From: Candidatus Moraniibacteriota bacterium
GTDB taxonomy: Bacteria; Patescibacteriota; Minisyncoccia; Moranbacterales; UBA2206
DNA: 64,000 nucleotides
Direction of reading: 5' to 3'
Assembly (NCBI GenBank): GCA_049297495.1
Contig: JBAQUL010000005.1
Span: forward strand, 3,868 to 67,867
The notes below the pieces were generated by a model. It was not told where the DNA came from and made no database searches. It was given only the letters and a program-made list of their open reading frames with translations. Position numbers and translations under genes: made by a program. Below are positions 1 to 8,556 of this stretch, in pieces (the stretch's first letter is position 1; each line of letters begins with the position of its first letter).

Positions 1-860
1 GGAGTAGCAATATTATTTGCAAATGAAAAAACGTGCTCTTTATAGGAATCGGTATATTGGACCGCTACCTCAACCAGAGTATCTTCTTGCTCTTTGCGTG
101 CATAAAAAGGCATTTCATTTTTAATCACTTTGCCCCGATTGAGAAATTTGATATATGACACTAGCCCACCATCAAACAAAAAACCATAGGCTCGCTCTTT
201 TTCTGCCTCACGTGTGTCATAAATTTTCACACTAATACCTTTAGTCAAATAAGACTGTTGGCGAAGATAAGCCAAGATTCGCTCCCAAGAATATGTAATT
301 TCGGGAAAAATTTGCGGATCAGCTTGAAAAATGATTTTTGTGCCTGTTTCCTTTGCTTTGCCCACCACAATTGGCTCCTTACTTTTCGGCTTGCCTCTTT
401 CAAATTCCATCGCATAAATTTTTCCATCCCGCTTCACCTCAGCGCGCAAATAGACCGAAAGAGCATTGACCACAGAAACACCCACGCCATGTAACCCGCC
501 TGATATCTTATACCCATTACCACCAAATTTTCCTCCCGCATGAAGAACGGTTAACACGGTTTCCAAGGTGGATTTTTTTGTCTGAGGATGCTTTTCCACT
601 GGGATACCACGTCCATCATCTTCCATTTCAATCATATTGTCAGGCAAAAGTCGCACAATAATGTTTTCACAATAACCCGCCATCGCCTCATCAATAGAAT
701 TATTCACAACTTCCCAAATCAAATGATGCAATCCATCAACGGATGTTCCCCCAATATACATACCTGGACGTTTGCGCACCGGTTCCAAACCTTCCAGAAC
801 TTGAATGGATTTAGCTGTATAATCCCCGTTACTTTTCTCCTTTTTTTTAACTTCTGCCAT
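1..860 (-). CDS. gyrB: DNA gyrase subunit B, N-terminal part (C-terminus runs off the window start)
   Basis: Reverse-strand translation from the ATG at 858-860 reads MAEVKKKEKSNGDYTAKSIQVLEGLEPVRKRPGMYIGGT...HHLIWEVVNNSIDEAMAGYC...ILHAGGKFGG...GLHGVGVSVVNALS, the canonical GyrB GHKL ATPase N-terminus. It is not in the ORF track because it is truncated by the window edge. Confidence 0.9.
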   Translation of the reverse strand, partial: MAEVKKKEKSNGDYTAKSIQVLEGLEPVRKRPGMYIGGTSVDGLHHLIWEVVNNSIDEAMAGYCENIIVRLLPDNMIEMEDDGRGIPVEKHPQTKKSTLETVLTVLHAGGKFGGNGYKISGGLHGVGVSVVNALSVYLRAEVKRDGKIYAMEFERGKPKSKEPIVVGKAKETGTKIIFQADPQIFPEITYSWERILAYLRQQSYLTKGISVKIYDTREAEKERAYGFLFDGGLVSYIKFLNRGKVIKNEMPFYARKEQEDTLVEVAVQYTDSYKEHVFSFANNIAT

Positions 861-898
861 ACGTTTTAAAATTTGATTTGTTAGAAATTATATTTACA

Positions 899-1080
899 TC
901 CCCTTCGCCCTCCGGGAGAAGGTGGCCCCGCCGCGGCGGGGATGAGGGCAAGGGTGTTATATTAAGCAAAAACTAAATTAGTCTAGATTATTCTTAATTT
1001 ATAGCCCTTGCCCTCACCTGTCACGTACTCGTGACATCCCTGCCTACCGCCAGGCAGGCTCTCCCGAAGGGCGAGGAGAA
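899..1080. repeat. GC-rich composite palindromic intergenic element (copy A): nested hairpins plus roughly 16-bp terminal inverted repeats around an AT-rich core
   Basis: The near-palindrome CCCCGCCGCGGCGGGG, GATGAGGGCAAGGG paired with CCCTTGCCCTCACC around an AT-rich loop of about 60 nt, GTCACGTACTCGTGAC, CCTGCCTACCGCCAGGCAGG, and ends TTCGCCCTCCGGGAGA versus TCTCCCGAAGGGCGA. About 65% GC in an AT-rich genome. A second copy lies at 10031-10209. Confidence 0.6.
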
Positions 1081-1104
1081 AATCCCTTGAAAATTATTTT
1101 TAAA

Positions 1105-1497
1105 TTATTCATCATCACGATCAGACAGAAAATAGAGTTCAATAAGAAATATCCCTGCCACAGTCAGAAGTCCATCCCACCACAAAAGCATGCGCAGTCC
1201 CTGAAGGACTAGTAGACTTGTCGCTAAAAGTGCCAAAAGTATTCCTTGACGCAAACTCAAGATGATATTTTCACCCACCAATTCTCCTCGCATCATGCGC
1301 CTGCGAAGTCTGAGCAGAAATAAGTTAAACAAGGAGCTTAGCAACAAGAAAAATGCTAGATAGAAGAATATTTTTATCCAAACATCTTTTTCTGGCTCAT
1401 TTTGAGTTATTATAAAAACCAAAGCCGAAAGTGAAAGAAGACCGATTATTCTTATGAGCCATAAATAACCTCTTGGTACCATATTTTTCTTCGTCAC
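1105..1497 (-). CDS. small integral membrane protein, hypothetical
   Basis: 130-aa ORF with three or four hydrophobic helices; no recognisable motif. Confidence 0.45.
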   Translation of the reverse strand: MTKKNMVPRGYLWLIRIIGLLSLSALVFIITQNEPEKDVWIKIFFYLAFFLLLSSLFNLFLLRLRRRMMRGELVGENIILSLRQGILLALLATSLLVLQGLRMLLWWDGLLTVAGIFLIELYFLSDRDDE

Positions 1498-1638
1498 ATA
1501 GTAGTCCCGATTTATCGGGGCGAAGCATAATTAACGAGCAACAAACAAAAAACCAAAGCAAGAATATGCTCTATTTTTGCTTATCTTGCGCCTCATTAGC
1601 GCCCTCCTATTATAGCCTTTTTTGGAAAATCATGCAAG

Positions 1639-2139
1639 CTAGCTTTTTTGAAATTTATCTTTTGGGGTGTGGCAAATTGGACAAAACTCCGGCGCTTCAG
1701 AAATCGCTGGATAACCACAAACGGGACAAATATAATAATCGACGTCGCCCAAATCCGCACCGGTTTCTAACTTTTCCAATGCCTCACGAAAAAGCTTCTG
1801 ATGAATCATCTCGACACTAAGAGCATTTTTAAAAGAGCCCTCTGCGCCACCTTCCTTTTCTTCTTGGGCTGAAGAAATAAACTCTGGATACATCGTATCA
1901 ATTTCATAGGTCTCGCCAGCCACCGCTGCTTTCAGATTTTCTGCCGTATCCTTGACTTCGCCTAATGTCTGCAAGTGTCGCAGAGCATGCACTGTCTCCC
2001 CTTCCGCCGCCGCGCGAAAAAGTTTCGCGATTCCAATTTTTCCTTCACTCTCGGCTTTTTTGGCAAAAGCCAAATATCGACGATTCGCCTGCGACTCTCC
2101 AGCAAAGGCCGCTTTTAAATTTTCCTTTGTTTTATTCAT
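1639..2139 (-). CDS. rbr: rubrerythrin
   Basis: 166 aa with a ferritin-like diiron region (E..E..H repeats: AEGETVHALRH, AGETYEIDTMYPEF) and a C-terminal rubredoxin-like CPVCG...CPICH motif. Confidence 0.85.
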   Translation of the reverse strand: MNKTKENLKAAFAGESQANRRYLAFAKKAESEGKIGIAKLFRAAAEGETVHALRHLQTLGEVKDTAENLKAAVAGETYEIDTMYPEFISSAQEEKEGGAEGSFKNALSVEMIHQKLFREALEKLETGADLGDVDYYICPVCGYPAISEAPEFCPICHTPKDKFQKS

Positions 2140-2248
2140 AGTTTGCTTACTTAATTCTTACAACACTAGTATACCAAAATTCAAACATCCCGGCAAAACA
2201 AATGAAAAAACGGGCAACCCTGCATTACGCAAAGTTGCCCGTGTTGAA

Positions 2249-2932
2249 CTAAAAGTTGAAAGTTAAACCAAGGCGAATTACATTAGCCTCGGTTGTCTTT
2301 GCTCCGCTGGGAAGATCCCACTCATGCGTCCAACGAACAAAAACTGAAATAGTCTTGTTGATGTTATAACCAACGAAAGGACCAATCATTGCCCACTGAT
2401 TGGAATTACTCCACCAGTAATCATAGACCGCATCCACTCCGACAAAAAACTTATCACCCAAAGGATAACTTACCTCCCAGAAACTATCCAAATAATTGAG
2501 AGATTTCGCGTCCAGACCAAAATAATTTCGCATATCAACGATGACGTTTAATTTGCCAAAACTATTGATGTACCATCCTCCAGCCTGAAAGAACTGTCCG
2601 CAATCGCCAAATGATGCGCCCCCGACAAGGTACCACGGTCCATCATTCCAGGTCGCGTACGGTTTTACCTGAATAGAATCAGCCGTCCGGCTTTCACTGA
2701 CAACAACGCCACCGCCCCAATCATGGAAGTGCGAATAAGAAAAAAATTCCTGCGTATCAAAACTCTTTCCACCATTGACGAAATGCCAATCATTTTTAAG
2801 TGTGATGCTGGTGGACACTCGGTCAACCAAGGAATCTTCCGCCCAAATAAAACTGGGGGTTACGACAAACATACAGGTAACAGCTATTGCAATAACGATA
2901 ACGATATTTTTTTTCATGTTTTTCTCCTTCAC
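2249..2932 (-). CDS. secreted beta-rich protein, porin/OMP-like, with a signal peptide and a C-terminal aromatic residue
   Basis: N-terminal hydrophobic signal (KKNIVIVIAIAVTCMFVVTPSFIWA), alternating aromatic and hydrophilic segments rich in W/Y/G, and a C-terminal ...RLGLTFNF ending in Phe, as in beta-barrel OMPs. Confidence 0.4.
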   Translation of the reverse strand: MKEKNMKKNIVIVIAIAVTCMFVVTPSFIWAEDSLVDRVSTSITLKNDWHFVNGGKSFDTQEFFSYSHFHDWGGGVVVSESRTADSIQVKPYATWNDGPWYLVGGASFGDCGQFFQAGGWYINSFGKLNVIVDMRNYFGLDAKSLNYLDSFWEVSYPLGDKFFVGVDAVYDYWWSNSNQWAMIGPFVGYNINKTISVFVRWTHEWDLPSGAKTTEANVIRLGLTFNF

Positions 2933-2995
2933 ATGCCGGAGAAAAACCGTTCTCCGGCTATTTAGTTATTAGCATAATTATCGACAAATCGAATG

Positions 2996-4141
2996 CTAAA
3001 CCAAATAGCCAGCAACTGGAACATGAAAAATTTTTTGCCATATCTCCTGCTTGATAAATCTTAATCTTTCGAGCTGAAATCTACTTACCGCAAGAATGTT
3101 TTGAAAGTTTATGTCTTCAACCACGAAAACACTTTCTCCAAAACTATCGACATGCGATGCTAAATTTCCAGCAACGTATTTCGCTGAATCAATGCTCATC
3201 CTTGGCAGATGTATTTCCGTCTGTTCAAAAATGAAACATTGACCAACTTTTGAAATGAAGCCTGCATCAGCGTCGACTGGTCTCGGTAAAACTGAGAAAA
3301 TCAATGTCACCAGAATAGCTGCTACAAAAGTATGCCGTGGTCGAAGTCCTTCTTGCAAAAGCATTCGACACCAAACCGAGATTGCCAATCTGCTTTTGGC
3401 AAATTGTTCAATCTTACCAACTTCCCTTTCGGAAAGATAAGTAAAATAATTTTCTTTTGTTTGGCGGTAACGTGCTTCGGCAATAAATTCACGCCGACCA
3501 TTACCAAACCATTCAAAAAACACTTTAGTGAGATAGAACGGATGCGCCACGACGCGCCAAACAAAACTTAGTGGTCTAGGGATCCCTTTTTTCTTCCTCT
3601 CATCAATTGCCCAAATTAGATACAGACAGATTGTTGGAAAAAGGTTTTTGAAATAAAACCAGACAAGCCATAAAAAAAATTTCTCCCAGCTTACCCGTTT
3701 TTCATTTTGCTTCTCACCACAAAGCCCAGACGCAATATCTACTTCTGGCCCATATATATCTCGAGCCAGAGAAATATCACTGCTTGAATAATATCCTCTT
3801 TTGATGCCATCCCACATGAGTTGGCTCAACGGATCAATCCAAAACTTGCCTTGAATCCGAATGCCCAAAGTTCTTTCTTTGTTGCCAACGGCAATCAGGT
3901 CTTCAAAGTAGTTATAGGGAGAATAAATCGCTCCCTGTTTGTCCCGCTCCTGCGCCAAAGCTATTCGATGTTTGGCGAAGCCTTCTGCCTCCTTTCTTTT
4001 GGATTCCGCCATAGAAACAGGCATTTCGCCCCGATCAATCACTCCGCGAACCCCCTGGATGATGCCAGTATTCAAGAAAATAGCAACTATCACCAAAAAT
4101 TTCAAAAATCCTGGCCTATATAAGCTTTTCAACGACCGCAT
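2996..4141 (-). CDS. hypothetical protein with an N-terminal membrane anchor
   Basis: 381-aa ORF with one N-terminal TM segment and several internal hydrophobic stretches; no motif recognised. Confidence 0.45.
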   Translation of the reverse strand: MRSLKSLYRPGFLKFLVIVAIFLNTGIIQGVRGVIDRGEMPVSMAESKRKEAEGFAKHRIALAQERDKQGAIYSPYNYFEDLIAVGNKERTLGIRIQGKFWIDPLSQLMWDGIKRGYYSSSDISLARDIYGPEVDIASGLCGEKQNEKRVSWEKFFLWLVWFYFKNLFPTICLYLIWAIDERKKKGIPRPLSFVWRVVAHPFYLTKVFFEWFGNGRREFIAEARYRQTKENYFTYLSEREVGKIEQFAKSRLAISVWCRMLLQEGLRPRHTFVAAILVTLIFSVLPRPVDADAGFISKVGQCFIFEQTEIHLPRMSIDSAKYVAGNLASHVDSFGESVFVVEDINFQNILAVSRFQLERLRFIKQEIWQKIFHVPVAGYLV

Positions 4142-4276
4142 ACAGCTTCACCTCCCTTCGTACCTTCATTAGATTGCATTATTAAGTTGGGAAGAAACAA
4201 TAGTCAACAGTACATTAAATATTGTTTTTTGTCAAGCCAAAAAAGGCCTTGCCAAATCGAAATCCAGAAAGGATAA

Positions 4277-5185
4277 TCATTCGACAATGATAACTGATTC
4301 CACTTTTTTATTCGTACCAAGTAGTATCACGCCAAAAATCATTGGAATAAATGCTAATAATTGAAATTTAGTTGGAATATTCCCGAGTAGTATCCACGCG
4401 AAAAGCAATGTCAAAAGCGGAGTAACACTATTTAGTGCGCTAGCTTTCGTCACACTAATTCGATGAATTCCCTCAACCCAAAGAATTTTGGAAAGACCCA
4501 AAAGAAAAAATCCATTGATAATCAAGAAAACAAAAGATTTTCCCAAGTCTAGTTCGGAAAAATTCACTCTCGTCAAATAGGCCAGTATGAATATGACTGG
4601 AGCGCTAATGAGACTCCTGATAAACAGAATTGTCTCGCTCTTGACTTGTTTCCTCGCTCGCCTTTGAAAATAATTTCCAAAAGGTGAAATAAAGCATGCT
4701 AACAAAATTAGCAAATCGCCAATCTGAATCCCGTGAATGCTTGGATAGAAAATAATTATTGATCCTGCTAACATCAAAATTGCTCCCGCAATATGCGCAA
4801 GAGAAAAATATTCCTTTCGCCAAATATTAAAAAACAAGAAGCTGAAAAAAATTTCCGTCAACTGAATCAGACTAGCATTACCCGCAGTCGTATAGCGCAG
4901 TCCGGTGAAAAATAGCCCGTAATAAACAATGCCAAGCAAAAAAGTTGTTATCAAAATGTCCTTAATCGCCGCTTTATTTCGCAGTTCCTTCCAGCCATTT
5001 TTAACAGATAAAACTATCCCGAAAAAAACGGCAGCAAAAAGCGTGCTCCAAGCCAAAGAGAGGAGCGGAGAAATATTTACAAGCGATAGAATTGTTATAA
5101 CCGGAAAAAGGCTCCACAAAATTGATTCGGAAAAAATAATCACTTCTCCCTGCCTTTCTCTTTCCAACCTCTCAAATCCAAACAT
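4277..5185 (-). CDS. DMT-superfamily (EamA-like) permease
   Basis: 302 aa, about 10 predicted TM helices in two repeated halves, typical of EamA/DMT transporters. Confidence 0.6.
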   Translation of the reverse strand: MFGFERLERERQGEVIIFSESILWSLFPVITILSLVNISPLLSLAWSTLFAAVFFGIVLSVKNGWKELRNKAAIKDILITTFLLGIVYYGLFFTGLRYTTAGNASLIQLTEIFFSFLFFNIWRKEYFSLAHIAGAILMLAGSIIIFYPSIHGIQIGDLLILLACFISPFGNYFQRRARKQVKSETILFIRSLISAPVIFILAYLTRVNFSELDLGKSFVFLIINGFFLLGLSKILWVEGIHRISVTKASALNSVTPLLTLLFAWILLGNIPTKFQLLAFIPMIFGVILLGTNKKVESVIIVE

Positions 5186-5225
5186 AGTTTTGCAATCTCC
5201 CCATCATACAATCTAATTATATTAT

Positions 5226-5900
5226 CTATGTTTTTTGCTCTAATTTTGCTATTCCAGTCGGACCACCATAAGCAGAGTAATCCTCCCGTGAATTTGGATA
5301 GACCCGTCTTGATACACTCACCTGAAATTCCTTCGAAAATTCCTTCGCTGCCTCCATCACACAGCCCGCCAACTCAGGTTCACCGTCACCATCCGGCCAA
5401 CTAATAACGAGGTTCATTCCCGCCAAAGTAACTTTTCTCGTACCGACAGATTTTAATTTTTCGAAAAGTGCTTCCCAGCTACCCTGCTCCGGGGTAGAAT
5501 CATCTGCATGTGTTCCCACAACAAGTGCAGGTGCGGATAAATCTGCCTTCAGCAAATTTTCCAACTCCGCCATCTTGCGCGCATCATGGAAAATAAAAAT
5601 TGGAGGATGCCCTTCTTTTTGACCGGCAAGCAATCTTTTTAATGCTTCCCGCATACCCTTCAAGCTATCCGCGCTCGCAAATCCTATATCAGTGTGAATT
5701 GATTCTTTTTTAGGATAATACGGATGGATAAAAGCGATTATCCCTCCCTCGCTCTTTTCAATTCGCTCCCGCAACCATTCCTCCTGTTCTTGAGATAATT
5801 CTTGAAAATTAACAAGTTCACCCTTCGGAGCACATTCTGTTTTAGCTTCTTTTTTCACCTCGGTTAATCTCTCAAAAGACCCCGCATTAAATTCTGCCAT
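5226..5900 (-). CDS. hypothetical protein
   Basis: 224-aa ORF with GC content slightly above its neighbours; no motif recognised. Confidence 0.4.
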   Translation of the reverse strand: MAEFNAGSFERLTEVKKEAKTECAPKGELVNFQELSQEQEEWLRERIEKSEGGIIAFIHPYYPKKESIHTDIGFASADSLKGMREALKRLLAGQKEGHPPIFIFHDARKMAELENLLKADLSAPALVVGTHADDSTPEQGSWEALFEKLKSVGTRKVTLAGMNLVISWPDGDGEPELAGCVMEAAKEFSKEFQVSVSRRVYPNSREDYSAYGGPTGIAKLEQKT

Positions 5901-5988
5901 ATGCGTTATAATTTAATTCTTTGGATTATCTGCTTTAGTATGCCATAAGCGATATGTCACATTACCACATACCAAAACCACAAAGTTT

Positions 5989-6639
5989 CTAGATATTCTT
6001 TTCACGCTTGGTTCCGATATAGGCTCTTATTTGCTTGTCTCCGTTTATGGCAAATGCCAACGATCGCATACATCCATCATCAATATCCCCTTTCATTTTG
6101 CGCATACCTTTGCGACAAGTTGTGATAGTTCCACCCGGAAGAATTATTGGCAACAAATATTTCTCTTTTTTTATAATTGTCCTCGAGTTTATTATTTCCA
6201 ACACAACTTTCATCGCTCTAATTCTTGATAGCTTGGAATCATTCTTTTTCAATTCATGAGACATCTCATTAGCTGAGTCGCGAAGTGATCCATAAGTCCA
6301 TGCCTTAGGAAGGCCACCAGCGCCCTTCCAGAGACCCACTTCAGATAAATCAACAAAACCAATATGCCAATCAACGCTGTCATAAGCTTTCAGTCTTTTT
6401 TTATATTCCGTGGAGATGATTAAATCAAGAGCAGTTTCTTTTAGCTTTAAGACTGCACGTTTATTTATTGCTATATTTTTTGAAAATGTTTCTTTGGTTG
6501 GTTTCGTGATCTGTTTTTTTAACGCGTCTTTACGCATCCTTTTTGACGTAAACCTATTAGAAAGCACAAAACACCTCTTAACCTCCAACCCTTTCACTTT
6601 TTTCAATAGTTTCATATTTATTGCATCAATACCCTTCAA
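5989..6639 (-). CDS. hypothetical basic protein next to the tRNA/homing-endonuclease cluster
   Basis: 216-aa K/R-rich ORF; no motif recognised; the true start may be an internal Met. Confidence 0.4.
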   Translation of the reverse strand: MKGIDAINMKLLKKVKGLEVKRCFVLSNRFTSKRMRKDALKKQITKPTKETFSKNIAINKRAVLKLKETALDLIISTEYKKRLKAYDSVDWHIGFVDLSEVGLWKGAGGLPKAWTYGSLRDSANEMSHELKKNDSKLSRIRAMKVVLEIINSRTIIKKEKYLLPIILPGGTITTCRKGMRKMKGDIDDGCMRSLAFAINGDKQIRAYIGTKREKNI

Positions 6640-6763
6640 TCCAATATTCCTCTGTTTTATTATATCACAGTTAGAATATAATTTTACACATGAAAAATAC
6701 GACCCATAAGAGCCGTATAGTTTGCGGAGACGGTCCCGCCGCAGCGGGATGACCTATTAACAA

Positions 6764-6840
6764 TGGCGGGGACGGCCGGACTCGAACCGGTGACCTACTG
6801 CGTGACAGGCAGTCGCTCTAACCAACTGAGCTACGCCCCC
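6764..6840 (-). tRNA. tRNA-Asp (GTC), CCA encoded
   Basis: The reverse complement folds as a cloverleaf: GGGGGCG/TA/GCTC-AGTTGGTTA-GAGC/G/ACTGC-CTGTCAC-GCAGT/AGGTC/ACCGG-TTCGAGT-CCGGC/CGTCCCC/GCCA. The anticodon loop CTGTCAC gives anticodon GTC. Confidence 0.85.
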
Positions 6841-6866
6841 AATGTATTATTCTATTTTAAATTTAC

Positions 6867-6922
6867 ACCTACTGCGTGGCAGTCCGCCGGCTGGCGGATC
6901 TAACCAACTGAGCTACGCCCCC
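6867..6922 (-). pseudogene. tRNA fragment: 5' half of the tRNA-Asp sequence fused to a GC hairpin, with no T-arm
   Basis: The reverse complement starts GGGGGCGTAGCTCAGTTGGTTAGA (identical to the tRNA-Asp 5' part), then the hairpin TCCGCCAGCCGGCGGA, then CTGCCACGCAGTAGGT. There is no T-arm or 3' acceptor strand. The same hairpin type recurs at 10543-10558. Confidence 0.6.
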
Positions 6923-7001
6923 AAATTGTATTATGTATCTGGTATTTAGTATCAAGTATTCATACAACATACTAGATACCTTATACTAAATACTATTTTT
7001 G

Positions 7002-7075
7002 TAGCAGGAGTGAGACTCGAACTCACGACCTCAACGTTATGAGTGTTGCGCTCTAACCGGCTGAGCTATCCTGCC
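7002..7075 (-). tRNA. tRNA with CAT anticodon (elongator Met or Ile2-type)
   Basis: Reverse complement GGCAGGA/TA/GCTC-AGCCGGTTA-GAGC/.../CTCATAA/.../GTGAG-TTCGAGT-CTCAC/TCCTGCT/A. C11:G24 indicates an elongator tRNA. One 31:39 mismatch was seen. Confidence 0.7.
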
Positions 7076-7091
7076 ATTTTAATCAATCATT

Positions 7092-7769
7092 TCAAGCAGC
7101 TTCGCCGAGAGCTTTCATCAAACCCATAATCTCATAGAACAATTCCGAACTTTTTGCGATTCTTATGCACAGCGTTCCATAATGCTGAAAATGATTTTCG
7201 TAAACTTTTTTATTTTCTGTTTTTATTAAAATCGGCTTTCTGAACTGCTTAACCGATACTCCTGTTATATTTGACCAATATCTATCAACTTCGCGCAATC
7301 TTTCCTTGTGAATTTCGTTTATTGCAACATGCATGGCAAATCTTTCATTTGGAATATGCAACGCTTCCCTAAACCATCTCATGGCAAATTTAACAATCAG
7401 CTGATCTGAATTATAGAATCTTACCCTTGGATCTCTCTTGCTCCCCTCTCCCCAATATAAAGCAAGTCCAGCAATAAGCAGCTCCCTCTTTTTCAGAGCA
7501 ACAATCTCTTTTCTTCCTTTTTCTATGTACTGTTCTATTTTTTGTAGTTTCCTGTTTTTTTGAGACAACGCTCCTTTCATGCGCCCTTCGTACCCGCCCC
7601 TCACCATTTTAACATGCAATTTTTTAATTTGTGCAACAGATAAGATAATATCCGAACACCAAACACTAACAGAACTCTTAGATACCTCGAGTTCTTTTGC
7701 GATGTCTTTGATGCTATAGCCTTTTTTTCTCAGGCCACGTGCTGCTACTATTTCTTTTGACTTTGCCAT
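7092..7769 (-). CDS. LAGLIDADG-family homing endonuclease with an N-terminal HTH
   Basis: 225 aa. N-terminal HTH (GYSIKDIAKELEVSKSSVSVW) followed by the motif LIAGLALYWGEGSKR, which is the LAGLIDADG signature. It sits between tRNA genes. Confidence 0.75.
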   Translation of the reverse strand: MAKSKEIVAARGLRKKGYSIKDIAKELEVSKSSVSVWCSDIILSVAQIKKLHVKMVRGGYEGRMKGALSQKNRKLQKIEQYIEKGRKEIVALKKRELLIAGLALYWGEGSKRDPRVRFYNSDQLIVKFAMRWFREALHIPNERFAMHVAINEIHKERLREVDRYWSNITGVSVKQFRKPILIKTENKKVYENHFQHYGTLCIRIAKSSELFYEIMGLMKALGEAA

Positions 7770-7835
7770 GGACTCCCCCTATATGGTTATACTATAATTA
7801 TACGGGAAGTTCTAAAATCAATCAACCTTATTATG

Positions 7836-7907
7836 TTGCGGGACCAGGATTCGAACCTGGAACCTTCTGGTTATGAGCCAGACGAGCTGCCATTGCTCCA
7901 TCCCGCT
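7836..7907 (-). tRNA. tRNA-Met (CAT), probably the initiator tRNA-fMet
   Basis: Reverse complement AGCGGGA/TG/GAGC-AATGGCA-GCTC/G/TCTGG-CTCATAA-CCAGA/AGGTT/CCAGG-TTCGAAT-CCTGG/TCCCGCA/A. The 1:72 A-A mismatch and A11:U24 are initiator hallmarks. The anticodon stem lacks the 3xGC run, so the initiator call is tentative. Confidence 0.7.
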
Positions 7908-7969
7908 ATCTTTTTGAACTATTCCCTATTCTAGCTCAAAAAATCCGAAACGTCAATTATTCTCAAAAA

Positions 7970-8509
7970 CTAATCGAACACCAAGAAAAATCTTAAGAAT
8001 TCCTCATAACAATCAAATGTCTTTAGGGCCTCTTCTCGAGTGAGCACAAAGCTATCATCATGAATAATGCGATTCCGAATCTCATGTGCACGTCGCAATT
8101 CTTCGATGTTCTCAATTTGACCGGGAGTGATATTGTCCAAGCGCTCAGTCATATTTTCACCCTTATAATTCATCTTAGCAATAAGATCCTCCACAATCTT
8201 ATCTGCTTCAATAATCGCCACCTTATACTCCGATTCGTTCTTGCTATTGAACCTCCTTTTCACTTTAGCCCACTTCACACGCAACTTTCCTTTCCGATAT
8301 GCGAGCTCTGGCGGAATATTCATTCCCACAAGTGTATCACGAATATCAGCGCCCAGGCCACGTTGTTTGAGCATCAATGCAAGATCAATAAACATCACAA
8401 TCACATACACTTCCAAGAAAAATTTCAAAAAAGAAAAAGTGAGCGAAGTGTAAAAAGCTTTTGCCAGTAACAATATTCCGGTGATAAAATTTTCCAAAAA
8501 AACGTCCAT
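7970..8509 (-). CDS. membrane-anchored hypothetical protein with a C-terminal R-x4-H (HEPN-like) motif
   Basis: 179 aa with an N-terminal hydrophobic region of two helices; the C-terminal segment ...ELRRAHEIRNRIIHDDSF contains RNRIIH, matching the HEPN Rx4-6H pattern. Confidence 0.35.
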   Translation of the reverse strand: MDVFLENFITGILLLAKAFYTSLTFSFLKFFLEVYVIVMFIDLALMLKQRGLGADIRDTLVGMNIPPELAYRKGKLRVKWAKVKRRFNSKNESEYKVAIIEADKIVEDLIAKMNYKGENMTERLDNITPGQIENIEELRRAHEIRNRIIHDDSFVLTREEALKTFDCYEEFLRFFLVFD

Positions 8510-8556
8510 TTTTTAGCTACTTTTCGCCAGTTTTTTATATTTTATTTTAGCGAAAA

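Noticed and set aside
588-869. 93-aa plus-strand ORF
   Set aside because: It lies antisense to the well-supported gyrB coding sequence, and its start overlaps the gyrB start codon region; it is an artefact of the opposite-strand reading frame.
4150-4276. Possible terminator or promoter signals between the hypothetical gene and the EamA permease
   Set aside because: There are only short weak stems (GGCCTTGCC) without a convincing U-tract.
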